Shown here: piece after piece, positions 7,280-14,326 of the stretch
Layout: each line of letters opens with the position of its first letter
Position numbering within the stretch: position 1 is the stretch's first letter
IMG/VR virus record: IMGVR_UViG_3300043427_001127
Location: 107,626 to 171,625 of that record
Direction: 5' to 3' (one strand)
Length of the DNA stretch: 64,000 nt
DNA from: a virus
Position numbers and translations under genes: made by a program
Notes under the pieces: model-generated
Database searches by the model: none
Told to the model about the DNA's origin: nothing
The model's input: the letters and a program-made list of their open reading frames with translations, nothing else

Positions 7280-7528
7280 TTGAGAAAGTGATCCTGCGGG
7301 TTCGCCCAAGAGCTCTCCTTTCTCAACTATCTGGCCAGGTAGTATAAAGTTAGCCTAGTCCGAGATTGGCACGGTCGTTATGATATGCTCAAACAGATTG
7401 CCTTTCGCAATCAAGCCTCTATCATCCCGTAACTTTAACCTGATTGGTTGAGTTGCAATCTCTCTTTAGGGGGAGAATGCTCAAAACTACATAGTATCGT
7501 AGCAGATATATAGTGTAGTAGCGAGCAC
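7280..7528 (+). ncRNA. Unassigned ~250-nt highly structured RNA between tRNA-Leu and tRNA-Gly
   Basis: Six domains incl. a three-way junction; no plausible ORF. Confidence 0.55.
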
Positions 7529-7530
7529 CT

Positions 7531-7602
7531 GCGGAGTTAGTTCAGCGGTAGAACGCTATCCTTCCAAGTTAGATGTCGTCGGTTCGATTCCGATACTCCG
7601 CT
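7531..7602 (+). tRNA. tRNA-Gly(TCC)
   Basis: Cloverleaf, loop CTTCCAA, U73; U30:U40 mismatch. Confidence 0.93.
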
Positions 7603-7624
7603 CTTATCCCTGAGGATAAATAAC

Positions 7625-7795
7625 ATGTCACTTATTTCACAGAGAGACAGACAAGTTGCCATCAGAGCACTTGAAATGTATGCTGCTGAGGCAGAAACTG
7701 CAGAGTATTATCTGGGGTCTTCGCATCACTCAGCATCTGAAATCAACGCATTACTTAACTGGATTAGATTAGAGTATTACAAACATGAAGATTAA
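7625..7795 (+). CDS. Hypothetical protein (56 aa)
   Basis: Manual translation MSLISQRDRQVAIRALE...LLNWIRLEYYKHED; ATAAATA upstream. Confidence 0.65.
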   Translation: MSLISQRDRQVAIRALEMYAAEAETAEYYLGSSHHSASEINALLNWIRLEYYKHED

Positions 7796-7949
7796 TCTGT
7801 GGTATTGCGAAACAATGAAACAATGGCGATGGACTCTCGTAGATGACCATCGACCCATTGTTAAAATGGAATCTGGTCAACGCCCAGATCTACGCGACGC
7901 CATGAATGACGTTGCAAATACTGTAGAATATATGTTATCTCAACAGTGA
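7785..7949 (+). CDS. Hypothetical protein (54 aa)
   Basis: Manual translation MKINLWYCETMKQWRWTL...DVANTVEYMLSQQ. Confidence 0.65.
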   Translation: MKINLWYCETMKQWRWTLVDDHRPIVKMESGQRPDLRDAMNDVANTVEYMLSQQ

Positions 7950-7955
7950 TTTTAT

Positions 7956-8027
7956 TGGAGTGTAGCTCAGCGGTAGAGCGGTCGGCTGTTAACCGATTGG
8001 TCGCAGGTTCGATCCCTGCCACTCCAG
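7956..8027 (+). tRNA. tRNA-Asn(GTT)
   Basis: Cloverleaf, loop CTGTTAA, G73. Confidence 0.95.
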
Positions 8028-8030
8028 TTC

Positions 8031-8112
8031 GGGTAGGTGTCCGAGTGGTTAATGGAAACGGACTGTAAATCCGTCGGCTCCGCCTTCGGGGGTTCAAATC
8101 CCTCCCTGCCCA
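8031..8112 (+). tRNA. tRNA-Tyr(GTA)
   Basis: Class II cloverleaf, loop CTGTAAA. Confidence 0.95.
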
Positions 8113-8200
8113 CCTTGGGATTATCTTGTAAAACAGCTCCAATGTTTCCTCTTTGAGGTTTAGATTTTTTCCTTGACCGCTGTGGGGAAACGGTCAACTT

Positions 8201-8272
8201 GGAATCGTAGCTCAGTGGTAGAGCACTCGGCTGATAACCGAGCGGTCACAAGTTCAAATCTTGTCGGTTCCA
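8201..8272 (+). tRNA. tRNA-Ile(GAT)
   Basis: Cloverleaf, loop CTGATAA. Confidence 0.95.
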
Positions 8273-8312
8273 TATTGTATAATAGACTACAGTTGTAGAT
8301 AAATATATACAA

Positions 8313-8526
8313 TACGTTCATCCCTTTGGGACGGAAGTAAGCCGACTCGGAACGGATCGTTCATCTATGGAAGCACTCATTCTAACCTGCTTGCAGGCAC
8401 AACTGATTGCCACCCGAGTTGCTGCGGCAGACATGCCTAAGCAAACTCGCAACGATCTCATATGGGAGGTCAAACAGATCTCTCCTAAGGAGTGCAAGAT
8501 AGACGCAAAAGCCGACTGAAGGAACG
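8313..8526 (+). ncRNA. Tandem glnA-type glutamine riboswitch aptamers (8315-8354 and 8358-8526)
   Basis: Two copies of CGTTCATC..stem..GACG(G/C)AA..GCCGAC...GGAACG; DUF4278-like gene downstream. Confidence 0.8.
8367..8519 (+). CDS. 50-aa ORF nested in second riboswitch aptamer
   Basis: MEALILTCLQAQLIATRVAAADMPKQTRNDLIWEVKQISPKECKIDAKAD. Confidence 0.55.
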   Translation: MEALILTCLQAQLIATRVAAADMPKQTRNDLIWEVKQISPKECKIDAKAD

Positions 8527-8558
8527 CTCTTTAACCTAAAAAACTAAGGAGAAACCTA

Positions 8559-8717
8559 ATGTCACAAGCAACCTACAGAGGTTGTCAGTACAACACTGAC
8601 GTACCTAAGCAAGAATATCAGCGTTGGTATTCACAAACTCATGCACCAGCACATCCACAGAATACATATCGTGGTGTTGCCTACCGTCCTTGTAAGAACT
8701 CGGAGGTAGCACAATGA
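8559..8717 (+). CDS. DUF4278-like protein
   Basis: Duplicated TYRG..Y motif (ATYRGCQY ... NTYRGVAY); AAGGAG RBS; riboswitch upstream. Confidence 0.8.
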   Translation: MSQATYRGCQYNTDVPKQEYQRWYSQTHAPAHPQNTYRGVAYRPCKNSEVAQ

Positions 8718-8800
8718 ACTGGTTGAATCTAATCCGTAGACAGATTGAAAAACAAAAGAGACTAGAGATTGCCCAATATCATATGGCAACTCTCGGATAA
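8714..8800 (+). CDS. 28-aa peptide
   Basis: MNWLNLIRRQIEKQKRLEIAQYHMATLG; GGAGG RBS, ATGA overlap. Confidence 0.6.
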   Translation: MNWLNLIRRQIEKQKRLEIAQYHMATLG

Positions 8801-8803
8801 AGC

Positions 8804-8828
8804 AAAGGGGGCATATGCCCCCTTTTTT
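8804..8828. terminator. Bidirectional rho-independent terminator
   Basis: AAAGGGGGC-ATAT-GCCCCCTTTTTT between convergent genes. Confidence 0.85.
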
Positions 8829-9051
8829 ATTTCCTTAGTGTATGTAAGTATTGAATCATTGCTTCCCTGATATACATTAGCTCGTGGTAGCATTTCTGAT
8901 TGTGAGCACACTGCCTCAGTTCGTTGTCTGGTTTGTGTACGCTCTCAATAAACAAATCTAATCCTCTGTTCCATTTGTCGTTGTCTTCAGTCACGTTGCC
9001 TCCAGTCTTCGGGTTTGTCTCTACCTTCAGTAAACCAATCAACCATATCAT
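8827..9051 (-). CDS. Hypothetical protein (start probably near 8994)
   Basis: KWNRGLDLFIESVHKPD..LRQCAHNQ.CY segment. Confidence 0.6.
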   Translation of the reverse strand: MIWLIGLLKVETNPKTGGNVTEDNDKWNRGLDLFIESVHKPDNELRQCAHNQKCYHELMYIREAMIQYLHTLRK

Positions 9052-9313
9052 CTACACTATCAAAACCACGCTTGCCGAAACGTTCGTGTCCAAGACCACC
9101 GATGTCAAGTTGATTTAAAAAATCATCCATATCTCCTTCTTGCATGTCTGGGTTCTCTGCTTTACGTCTTGCTTGGCGTAGTATTGTTGCAGCAGAACGA
9201 TTTGCTTTGGCCAGTTTCTCTGCCCAAATCATATCTTCTAAACCTACCGATTCATGCTTGGCAATCTTGCTGCAGATACCTTCCAAGCGTAGGCGATATT
9301 GTGTAGAGAGCAT
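8987..9313 (-). CDS. Hypothetical protein
   Basis: MLSTQYRLRLEGIC...KPEDWRQRD, typical cyanomyovirus hypothetical. Confidence 0.7.
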   Translation of the reverse strand: MLSTQYRLRLEGICSKIAKHESVGLEDMIWAEKLAKANRSAATILRQARRKAENPDMQEGDMDDFLNQLDIGGLGHERFGKRGFDSVDDMVDWFTEGRDKPEDWRQRD

Positions 9314-9332
9314 GTGCAATCTCCATATAGGG

Positions 9333-9533
9333 TTATTTAGCATTAATCATTGCTTCTAAATCGTTGATTTTACTGAACTCTTGGTATGCTTTCTCAGAGC
9401 GTTCAGATAGAATGTCTAAAATATCTTCAACGATTACTTCGTTGTCAATGTATTCATCCAAATACTTGTCCAACGCTTCCTTTAGATAGCGTTTGCGATG
9501 CCACTCAGCTGAGTATGGTTTGTAGTGCGTCAT
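9333..9533 (-). CDS. Hypothetical protein
   Basis: 66 aa ORF directly downstream of an early promoter. Confidence 0.7.
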   Translation of the reverse strand: MTHYKPYSAEWHRKRYLKEALDKYLDEYIDNEVIVEDILDILSERSEKAYQEFSKINDLEAMINAK

Positions 9534-9556
9534 AACAAAACAGATATATGTGGCTG

Positions 9557-9585
9557 ATTATAAGATATATATGTGATTTTGTCAA
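9557..9585 (-). promoter_or_regulatory. Early promoter (minus strand)
   Basis: TTGACA-N17-TATAAT on reverse complement. Confidence 0.8.
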
Positions 9586-9671
9586 CTGGGATATGCGTGA
9601 GTCAACCCCCAGTAAATAAACAATCCTATCGCTCCAAACAAACAGATACTAGTGAGAGCTAGGTGGTTCAT
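9582..9671 (-). CDS. 29-aa single-TM micropeptide, NdhQ-like C-terminus
   Basis: MNHLALTSICLFGAIGLFIYWGLTHAYPS. Confidence 0.5.
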   Translation of the reverse strand: MNHLALTSICLFGAIGLFIYWGLTHAYPS

Positions 9672-9777
9672 CTTTCATTTCCTCGTATGCTAGTTTTAAG
9701 ATGTAATAGATGACATAGGCAGTACCTGCTAATCCTACTCCTAGAATAGCAAACACTCCCCAAGGTAAGTTACTCAT
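9649..9777 (-). CDS. 42-aa single-TM micropeptide
   Basis: MSNLPWGVFAILGVGLAGTAYVIYYILKLAYEEMKDEPPSSH; GAGGA upstream. Confidence 0.55.
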   Translation of the reverse strand: MSNLPWGVFAILGVGLAGTAYVIYYILKLAYEEMKDEPPSSH

Positions 9778-9880
9778 GTTCATCCTCGTAGGTAGATGGT
9801 TCTTCAAATAACTCGTCCATCTTTTGTTGGAAAACTATTTCTTGTAGTTCTTGTAAGTCTTCTTCGGTAAGAGTTATCAT
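9770..9880 (-). CDS. 36-aa acidic peptide
   Basis: MITLTEEDLQELQEIVFQQKMDELFEEPSTYEDEHE; AAGGA RBS. Confidence 0.55.
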   Translation of the reverse strand: MITLTEEDLQELQEIVFQQKMDELFEEPSTYEDEHE

Positions 9881-10056
9881 TTGTCCTTAAGTATTTCTTC
9901 TATTCTTTTACGCATGTTTGTGCTATCTTGTTTCATGTAATCTCTACATGAATAACCACGCTGCCCTTTGATGATACATGTTCCTTGATAAAACATGGTG
10001 GCAGCAAACACTAGCAGGAAAACTATTCCTATTATTTCAGGGTAATGCTGAGCCAT
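9877..10056 (-). CDS. 59-aa single-TM protein
   Basis: MAQHYPEIIGIVFLLVFAATMFYQG...RKRIEEILKDK. Confidence 0.55.
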   Translation of the reverse strand: MAQHYPEIIGIVFLLVFAATMFYQGTCIIKGQRGYSCRDYMKQDSTNMRKRIEEILKDK

Positions 10057-10220
10057 GGTAGCAGAGGTGGTATTACTCCAATGAGTCTAAGAAGACCCTC
10101 AGCAAAAAGTGCAAGAACAACCCAACCAATACACATTGAAGTAATCGCAGCATTACGATTGTGTCTTCGTATTGCATCATCAATCATCTCCTTCACTTCT
10201 TCTTTCGTTACTTGTGTCAT
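10032..10220 (-). CDS. 62-aa membrane protein
   Basis: EMIDDAIRRHNRNA followed by TM helix. Confidence 0.65.
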   Translation of the reverse strand: MTQVTKEEVKEMIDDAIRRHNRNAAITSMCIGWVVLALFAEGLLRLIGVIPPLLPWLSITLK

Positions 10221-10320
10221 GGATTTTAGCGATTCCTATAATGGGAAACATTACAAGGGCAAAGCAAAGGATGCCCAAACTGACGGGATTATTTAAGATT
10301 TCAACTATCAGATGAGTCAT
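10180..10320 (-). CDS. 46-aa single-TM micropeptide
   Basis: MTHLIVEILNNPVSLGILCFALVMFPIIGIAKIH... Confidence 0.55.
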   Translation of the reverse strand: MTHLIVEILNNPVSLGILCFALVMFPIIGIAKIHDTSNERRSEGDD

Positions 10321-10513
10321 CTTTCTTTACATTGATGTAACATTCAAGTGGCTTCTGAGTCTCTGCATCAAAGTTCTGGTCTAGGTAGACACAAAGTTTA
10401 TTGATGATTTTGATATACTCGTCGTGCATCCAATCACTACCAGTTTCGTGGTAGGCATAGTGCTTACATGCTGTGATGATTCTATTAACGTCTCTACTTG
10501 ATAGGTTATACAT
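10301..10513 (-). CDS. Hypothetical protein
   Basis: 70 aa ORF, AAGGA upstream. Confidence 0.6.
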   Translation of the reverse strand: MYNLSSRDVNRIITACKHYAYHETGSDWMHDEYIKIINKLCVYLDQNFDAETQKPLECYINVKKDDSSDS

Positions 10514-10517
10514 TTGA

Positions 10518-10646
10518 TTATCCTTCGTAATACATTATAATGTCGCCGTGTTTTCTGTGAAAATCAAGGTGCTTTTTGCCCCATGGTATAGTCCTCCATT
10601 CAGTTTTTCCATTCCAAAGTAATAGGCAAATGTGAATGTATCTCAT
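10518..10646 (-). CDS. 42-aa hypothetical peptide
   Basis: MRYIHICLLLWNGKTEWRTIPWGKKHLDFHRKHGDIIMYYEG; CTAAATA upstream. Confidence 0.5.
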   Translation of the reverse strand: MRYIHICLLLWNGKTEWRTIPWGKKHLDFHRKHGDIIMYYEG

Positions 10647-10715
10647 ACACCTGTAGTATAACGAGCTATTTAGATGGGTCAATATACCTATCAGAGTTTC
10701 CTAACAAAAGGGGGC

Positions 10716-10744
10716 TTGACAGGGGCGCTGAGATGCTATATACT
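10716..10744 (+). promoter_or_regulatory. Early promoter for hli-petF-hli
   Basis: GGGGGC-TTGACA-N17-TATACT. Confidence 0.8.
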
Positions 10745-10769
10745 ATGTAAAGATTTATGACAAACGTAA

Positions 10770-10973
10770 ATGACTGTTACGACAAATGAGTATGGCCAGC
10801 AAAACATGTGGGCCAAAGAACCTGAAATGGTTTACCAAGAATACAATCGCAAGGGTCTTATGACTCCTATGCAAACTACGGAGATGTACAATGGACGCTG
10901 GGCTATGGTCGGTATTATTGCTGGGTTCATTTCTTATGTTGGCACTGGCAAACTCTTCTTCGGCATCTTCTGA
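10770..10973 (+). CDS. hli: High-light-inducible protein
   Basis: E..NGR.AM.G chlorophyll-binding motif; N-terminal NMWAKEP. Confidence 0.92.
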   Translation: MTVTTNEYGQQNMWAKEPEMVYQEYNRKGLMTPMQTTEMYNGRWAMVGIIAGFISYVGTGKLFFGIF

Positions 10974-10987
10974 CTGAGGGCTTGACA

Positions 10988-11074
10988 ATGACTTCGCTTT
11001 TGTTTACAATGACTTCGGTTGCCTTCTTCGTATTGCTGGCAATCTCCGTAGAAAAACTTTGTGAGACTTATTGA
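10988..11074 (+). CDS. 28-aa hydrophobic peptide
   Basis: [28 protein letters not shown]; TGATG coupling to petF. Confidence 0.5.
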   Translation: MTSLLFTMTSVAFFVLLAISVEKLCETY

Positions 11075-11367
11075 TGGCTACCTATTCCATTACTCTTCAA
11101 TCCCCCGATGGCACTGAGCAAACTATTCAGTGCCCTGACGACCAATATATTCTTGATGCTGCTGAGTTTGCAGGTATCGACCTACCTTCCAGTTGCCGTG
11201 CGGGTGCTTGTAGTGCCTGTGCTGGTAAACTAATCAGCGGCACTGTTGATAACGAGGAGCAATCCTTCCTTGATGATGAACAAATGGCAGATGGTTGTGT
11301 TCTAACTTGTGTAGCATATCCCACCAGCGACTGTGTTATTCTGACTGAACAAGAAGAAAATCTTTAA
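11074..11367 (+). CDS. petF: Plant-type [2Fe-2S] ferredoxin
   Basis: CRAGACSAC...[10 protein letters not shown]. Confidence 0.97.
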   Translation: MATYSITLQSPDGTEQTIQCPDDQYILDAAEFAGIDLPSSCRAGACSACAGKLISGTVDNEEQSFLDDEQMADGCVLTCVAYPTSDCVILTEQEENL

Positions 11368-11382
11368 TCTAGGAGAACTACT

Positions 11383-11502
11383 ATGAAATTCGGATTCACC
11401 CCTGAGGCAGAGATCCTCAATGCTCGCCTGGCAATGCTCGGTTTTGTCATTGCTGTTGGCACTTATCTCACTACAGGTCAGATTATTCCTGGAGTGCTCT
11501 GA
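11383..11502 (+). CDS. hli: High-light-inducible protein (39 aa)
   Basis: MKFGFTPEAEILNARLAMLGF...TGQIIPGVL; AGGAG RBS. Confidence 0.92.
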   Translation: MKFGFTPEAEILNARLAMLGFVIAVGTYLTTGQIIPGVL

Positions 11503-11508
11503 TACTTT

Positions 11509-11535
11509 AAAGGGGGTCGTAAGACCCCCTTTTTT
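11509..11535. terminator. Bidirectional terminator
   Basis: AAAGGGGGTC-GTAA-GACCCCCTTTTTT. Confidence 0.85.
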
Positions 11536-14170
11536 AATCTTCTAGTTTTAAAATAGTTAATGTAGTCGTAATCGCAGTATTTGAACCAGATTTATTTACA
11601 ATGGTTGCAAATATAGTAGTATCTTCATCACTAAATCCTACAAGAGATGGGGTTATTGGGAGAACTTGATTGGATATCGTTGTTACATCACAGACAACAC
11701 CAGCATTTTCAGGAATCGGATCTCCATAGTTTCTTCCAGAATCATTGTCTCTAGCAGTCGAGCTTGTATACAAACGAACCCACGCAGAGTTATTTGTTTG
11801 TACTTTTAATAGTGCATAAGATTTGAATCCTGTTATGGTTATGTTTGCAGATTCGTCTTGTGCTAGTAATGGTGTTGTTCCTACAGAAGTTGTTCTTGAT
11901 TGTAGTTGTTTTTGTGGTTGTGGTTCGTATACAGTTCTCCAAATAGTACTAATATTTACGTTTGGATTTGTGCTATAAACTCTTAATTTTGCATTATGTG
12001 GAATGTTTGTGGTAACTGGAGTGTTTAAGTTGAACCACCCAACATTATTACCTGTTTGTGGATCAAATCTACTGGAAACAAAAGCACCTGATGGTATGCC
12101 AGGTCCAACAATAAACTGGTTATCTGTGGGAATGTAAATCAGTGGGATTCTGTCACAGAAAAATCTACTATCTCCTAAGTCTACTGCTTGAAAATAATCT
12201 ACAGTAGCATCTGGAGTTGGATATAAACTTTCATCGAATATTTTTAAAACTCCTGTGGTATTGTTATACCATAGATCTCCATCTTTTGCCCATGCTGGAG
12301 CAGAAGTTCCTACATGTACTGCTGGGGGTGGTGTGATAGTTAGTCCACCTATTGATGCAGATTGCTGAGAACCTGTTACGCTATCTGTATCTACTTTAAG
12401 ACCACCCACGCCAGAAACTATAGCGTATGTAGTACCACCTGTGTTTGATCCTAGTAAACCTATTTTTCCTTCGTAAAAACGAGTATCAGTTTCAGAAACA
12501 TCCATCGTATAAGTTTTGTTGGTGCTATCTACAATGATAGTGCCATTTAAGTTGGGTAGTGTTAGGGTTCTATTTGCAGTTGGATTTGCTACTTGAACTG
12601 TAGTTTTAAAAGTATCTACTGTAGACCCTTCAAACACCAATGAAGATGCAGTGGCAGTTAATCCTGAAGGCAATCCACTTACCGTTGATGCAATATTAAT
12701 AGTATTTTCATTAGTTCTGCTGACAGTGATACCAGTTCCAGAAACTAAAACTAAATCATCATCTGTTAAGCTATTGTTTTCTCTAAGTCTGATCTTAGCT
12801 CCAGATGCATCTGTTTCTGCTGATATAATGTATTCTCTATTTGGTGGAATAGTTGGCAATCCTAATAGATCACTGTACTCACCTGTGGTTGCAACTAGTT
12901 TTAAATCTGGAAGACTTAGTAAATCGCTATAGCTTCCTGACGTTGCTACATCTGCTAAAGCGGGAGCATTTAATAAGTCACTATAATCTCCAGAGAAGAA
13001 ACGATTCGTTGTGTCAGTTAAATCCGATGCATCGATAACTAATACGGGTAAATCATCTAGGTCGTTGTATGATCCAGATGTTGCTACTGGTTGTAAGTCA
13101 GGGAGATTTAATAGATCACTATAACTTCCGCTGGTTGCTACAGTCGCTAAAGCAGGAGCATTGGTGAGATCTGTATAACTTACAAAACCGTTTATCCAAG
13201 AACCATTTAAATATTTTAATGAGTGATTATTAACAGGATCTGTGATTGTAACATCACCTAAGTCGTTGATGTCGATAGTTGAAACGTTAACAGAAAACTC
13301 GATATCATTATTGTCAACTGTTAATACAACTCCAGGACCAGCGGTAAGAGTAACATCAACAGAAGTATTATCTGAACCAGCTAGTGAGATAGTTTTTACT
13401 GTAGTTGAAGTGCTTGATACATTAAGACCATATGTAGTGTTTGGAGCGTTAACAGTAATAGTAGAACCACTTTGAGTTATTGAGGCAGCACCACCACCCG
13501 CTAACGTAATGTCGCCAGTTGTAAATGTTCCACCAGCCCCACTTGCTTTTAGTCTTGTTACAGTGTCTGTACTTGAAATGTTTACTGTATTTCCTGCTTG
13601 AGTTGCAGATGAAGCACCAGAAGCAGTAATAGTTACGTCACCTGTGACAAAACTTCCAGCACTACCACCTTTGATTCTTGTGATAGTGTTGGTATCAGAA
13701 GCACCAATGGTAATGTTATTTCCTACTTGAGATATAAAAACAGAACCAGTTGGCAACAAAGAAACTTCGCCAGTAACAAAAGAACCAGCAACACCACCTT
13801 TAATACTTGTGATAGTATCTGTATCTACATATGTTGCGTTTATGGTTATTTCATCTCCACTCCTTGTGAGTGAAATATTTGTTCCAGGTGCTAGAGTTAC
13901 GTCATCAGTGACGAAGTTTACATCAGTTAAACGGATTATTTTTTTGCCACTGCCACCATCTTCTGCGCTAATAGAATAAGTAGTATCGATTTCTGCAGGA
14001 ACATTTGCCCATTCGATTCCTTCCCCAGTTGAATATAGGATTTGACCAGGATTACCTATACCTGTTCCGTCATAAATCCCACTCTCTGAAAGATTTAGAT
14101 TGTCCGTTGCTGCTAGTTCTTCTAGACGTTTAGTTACAGAGTTACCTATTAACGGAAAGCGATTTGCCAT
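11534..14170 (-). CDS. Virion structural / fibre-like protein with internal repeats
   Basis: MANRFPL N-terminus, Thr/Ser/Gly-rich, VATSGSYSDL repeats, GDLWYN motif; TATAAATA upstream. Confidence 0.75.
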   Translation of the reverse strand: MANRFPLIGNSVTKRLEELAATDNLNLSESGIYDGTGIGNPGQILYSTGEGIEWANVPAEIDTTYSISAEDGGSGKKIIRLTDVNFVTDDVTLAPGTNISLTRSGDEITINATYVDTDTITSIKGGVAGSFVTGEVSLLPTGSVFISQVGNNITIGASDTNTITRIKGGSAGSFVTGDVTITASGASSATQAGNTVNISSTDTVTRLKASGAGGTFTTGDITLAGGGAASITQSGSTITVNAPNTTYGLNVSSTSTTVKTISLAGSDNTSVDVTLTAGPGVVLTVDNNDIEFSVNVSTIDINDLGDVTITDPVNNHSLKYLNGSWINGFVSYTDLTNAPALATVATSGSYSDLLNLPDLQPVATSGSYNDLDDLPVLVIDASDLTDTTNRFFSGDYSDLLNAPALADVATSGSYSDLLSLPDLKLVATTGEYSDLLGLPTIPPNREYIISAETDASGAKIRLRENNSLTDDDLVLVSGTGITVSRTNENTINIASTVSGLPSGLTATASSLVFEGSTVDTFKTTVQVANPTANRTLTLPNLNGTIIVDSTNKTYTMDVSETDTRFYEGKIGLLGSNTGGTTYAIVSGVGGLKVDTDSVTGSQQSASIGGLTITPPPAVHVGTSAPAWAKDGDLWYNNTTGVLKIFDESLYPTPDATVDYFQAVDLGDSRFFCDRIPLIYIPTDNQFIVGPGIPSGAFVSSRFDPQTGNNVGWFNLNTPVTTNIPHNAKLRVYSTNPNVNISTIWRTVYEPQPQKQLQSRTTSVGTTPLLAQDESANITITGFKSYALLKVQTNNSAWVRLYTSSTARDNDSGRNYGDPIPENAGVVCDVTTISNQVLPITPSLVGFSDEDTTIFATIVNKSGSNTAITTTLTILKLED

Positions 14171-14205
14171 TACACGACGCTCGTAAAAATGAGTTCTATT
14201 TATGT

Positions 14206-14213
14206 TATTTATA
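14206..14213 (-). promoter_or_regulatory. T4-type late promoter
   Basis: TATAAATA on minus strand upstream of the 878-aa gene. Confidence 0.7.
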
Positions 14214-14231
14214 AATGGTTCTGGCGGGGGC

Positions 14232-14265
14232 TTGACAGGTGCGGGAAACCGTGCTACTATAAATA
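14232..14265 (+). promoter_or_regulatory. Overlapping early and late promoter of psbA
   Basis: TTGACA-N17-TACTAT overlapping TATAAATA (14258-14265). Confidence 0.8.
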
Positions 14266-14326
14266 AGTGTTAAGGAATGGAAACATTTCTTCACAATACA
14301 TACCTCAACTACTCGGAGTATTTTCA

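Noticed and set aside
7861-8197. Minus-strand ORFs 7861-8142 and 7967-8197
   Set aside because: Antisense readings of tRNA-Asn and tRNA-Tyr, a typical artefact.
14267-14326. 20-aa N-terminal extension of D1 in the ORF track
   Set aside because: ATG 14327 has an RBS and gives a normal 360-aa D1; the extension is promoter/leader sequence.
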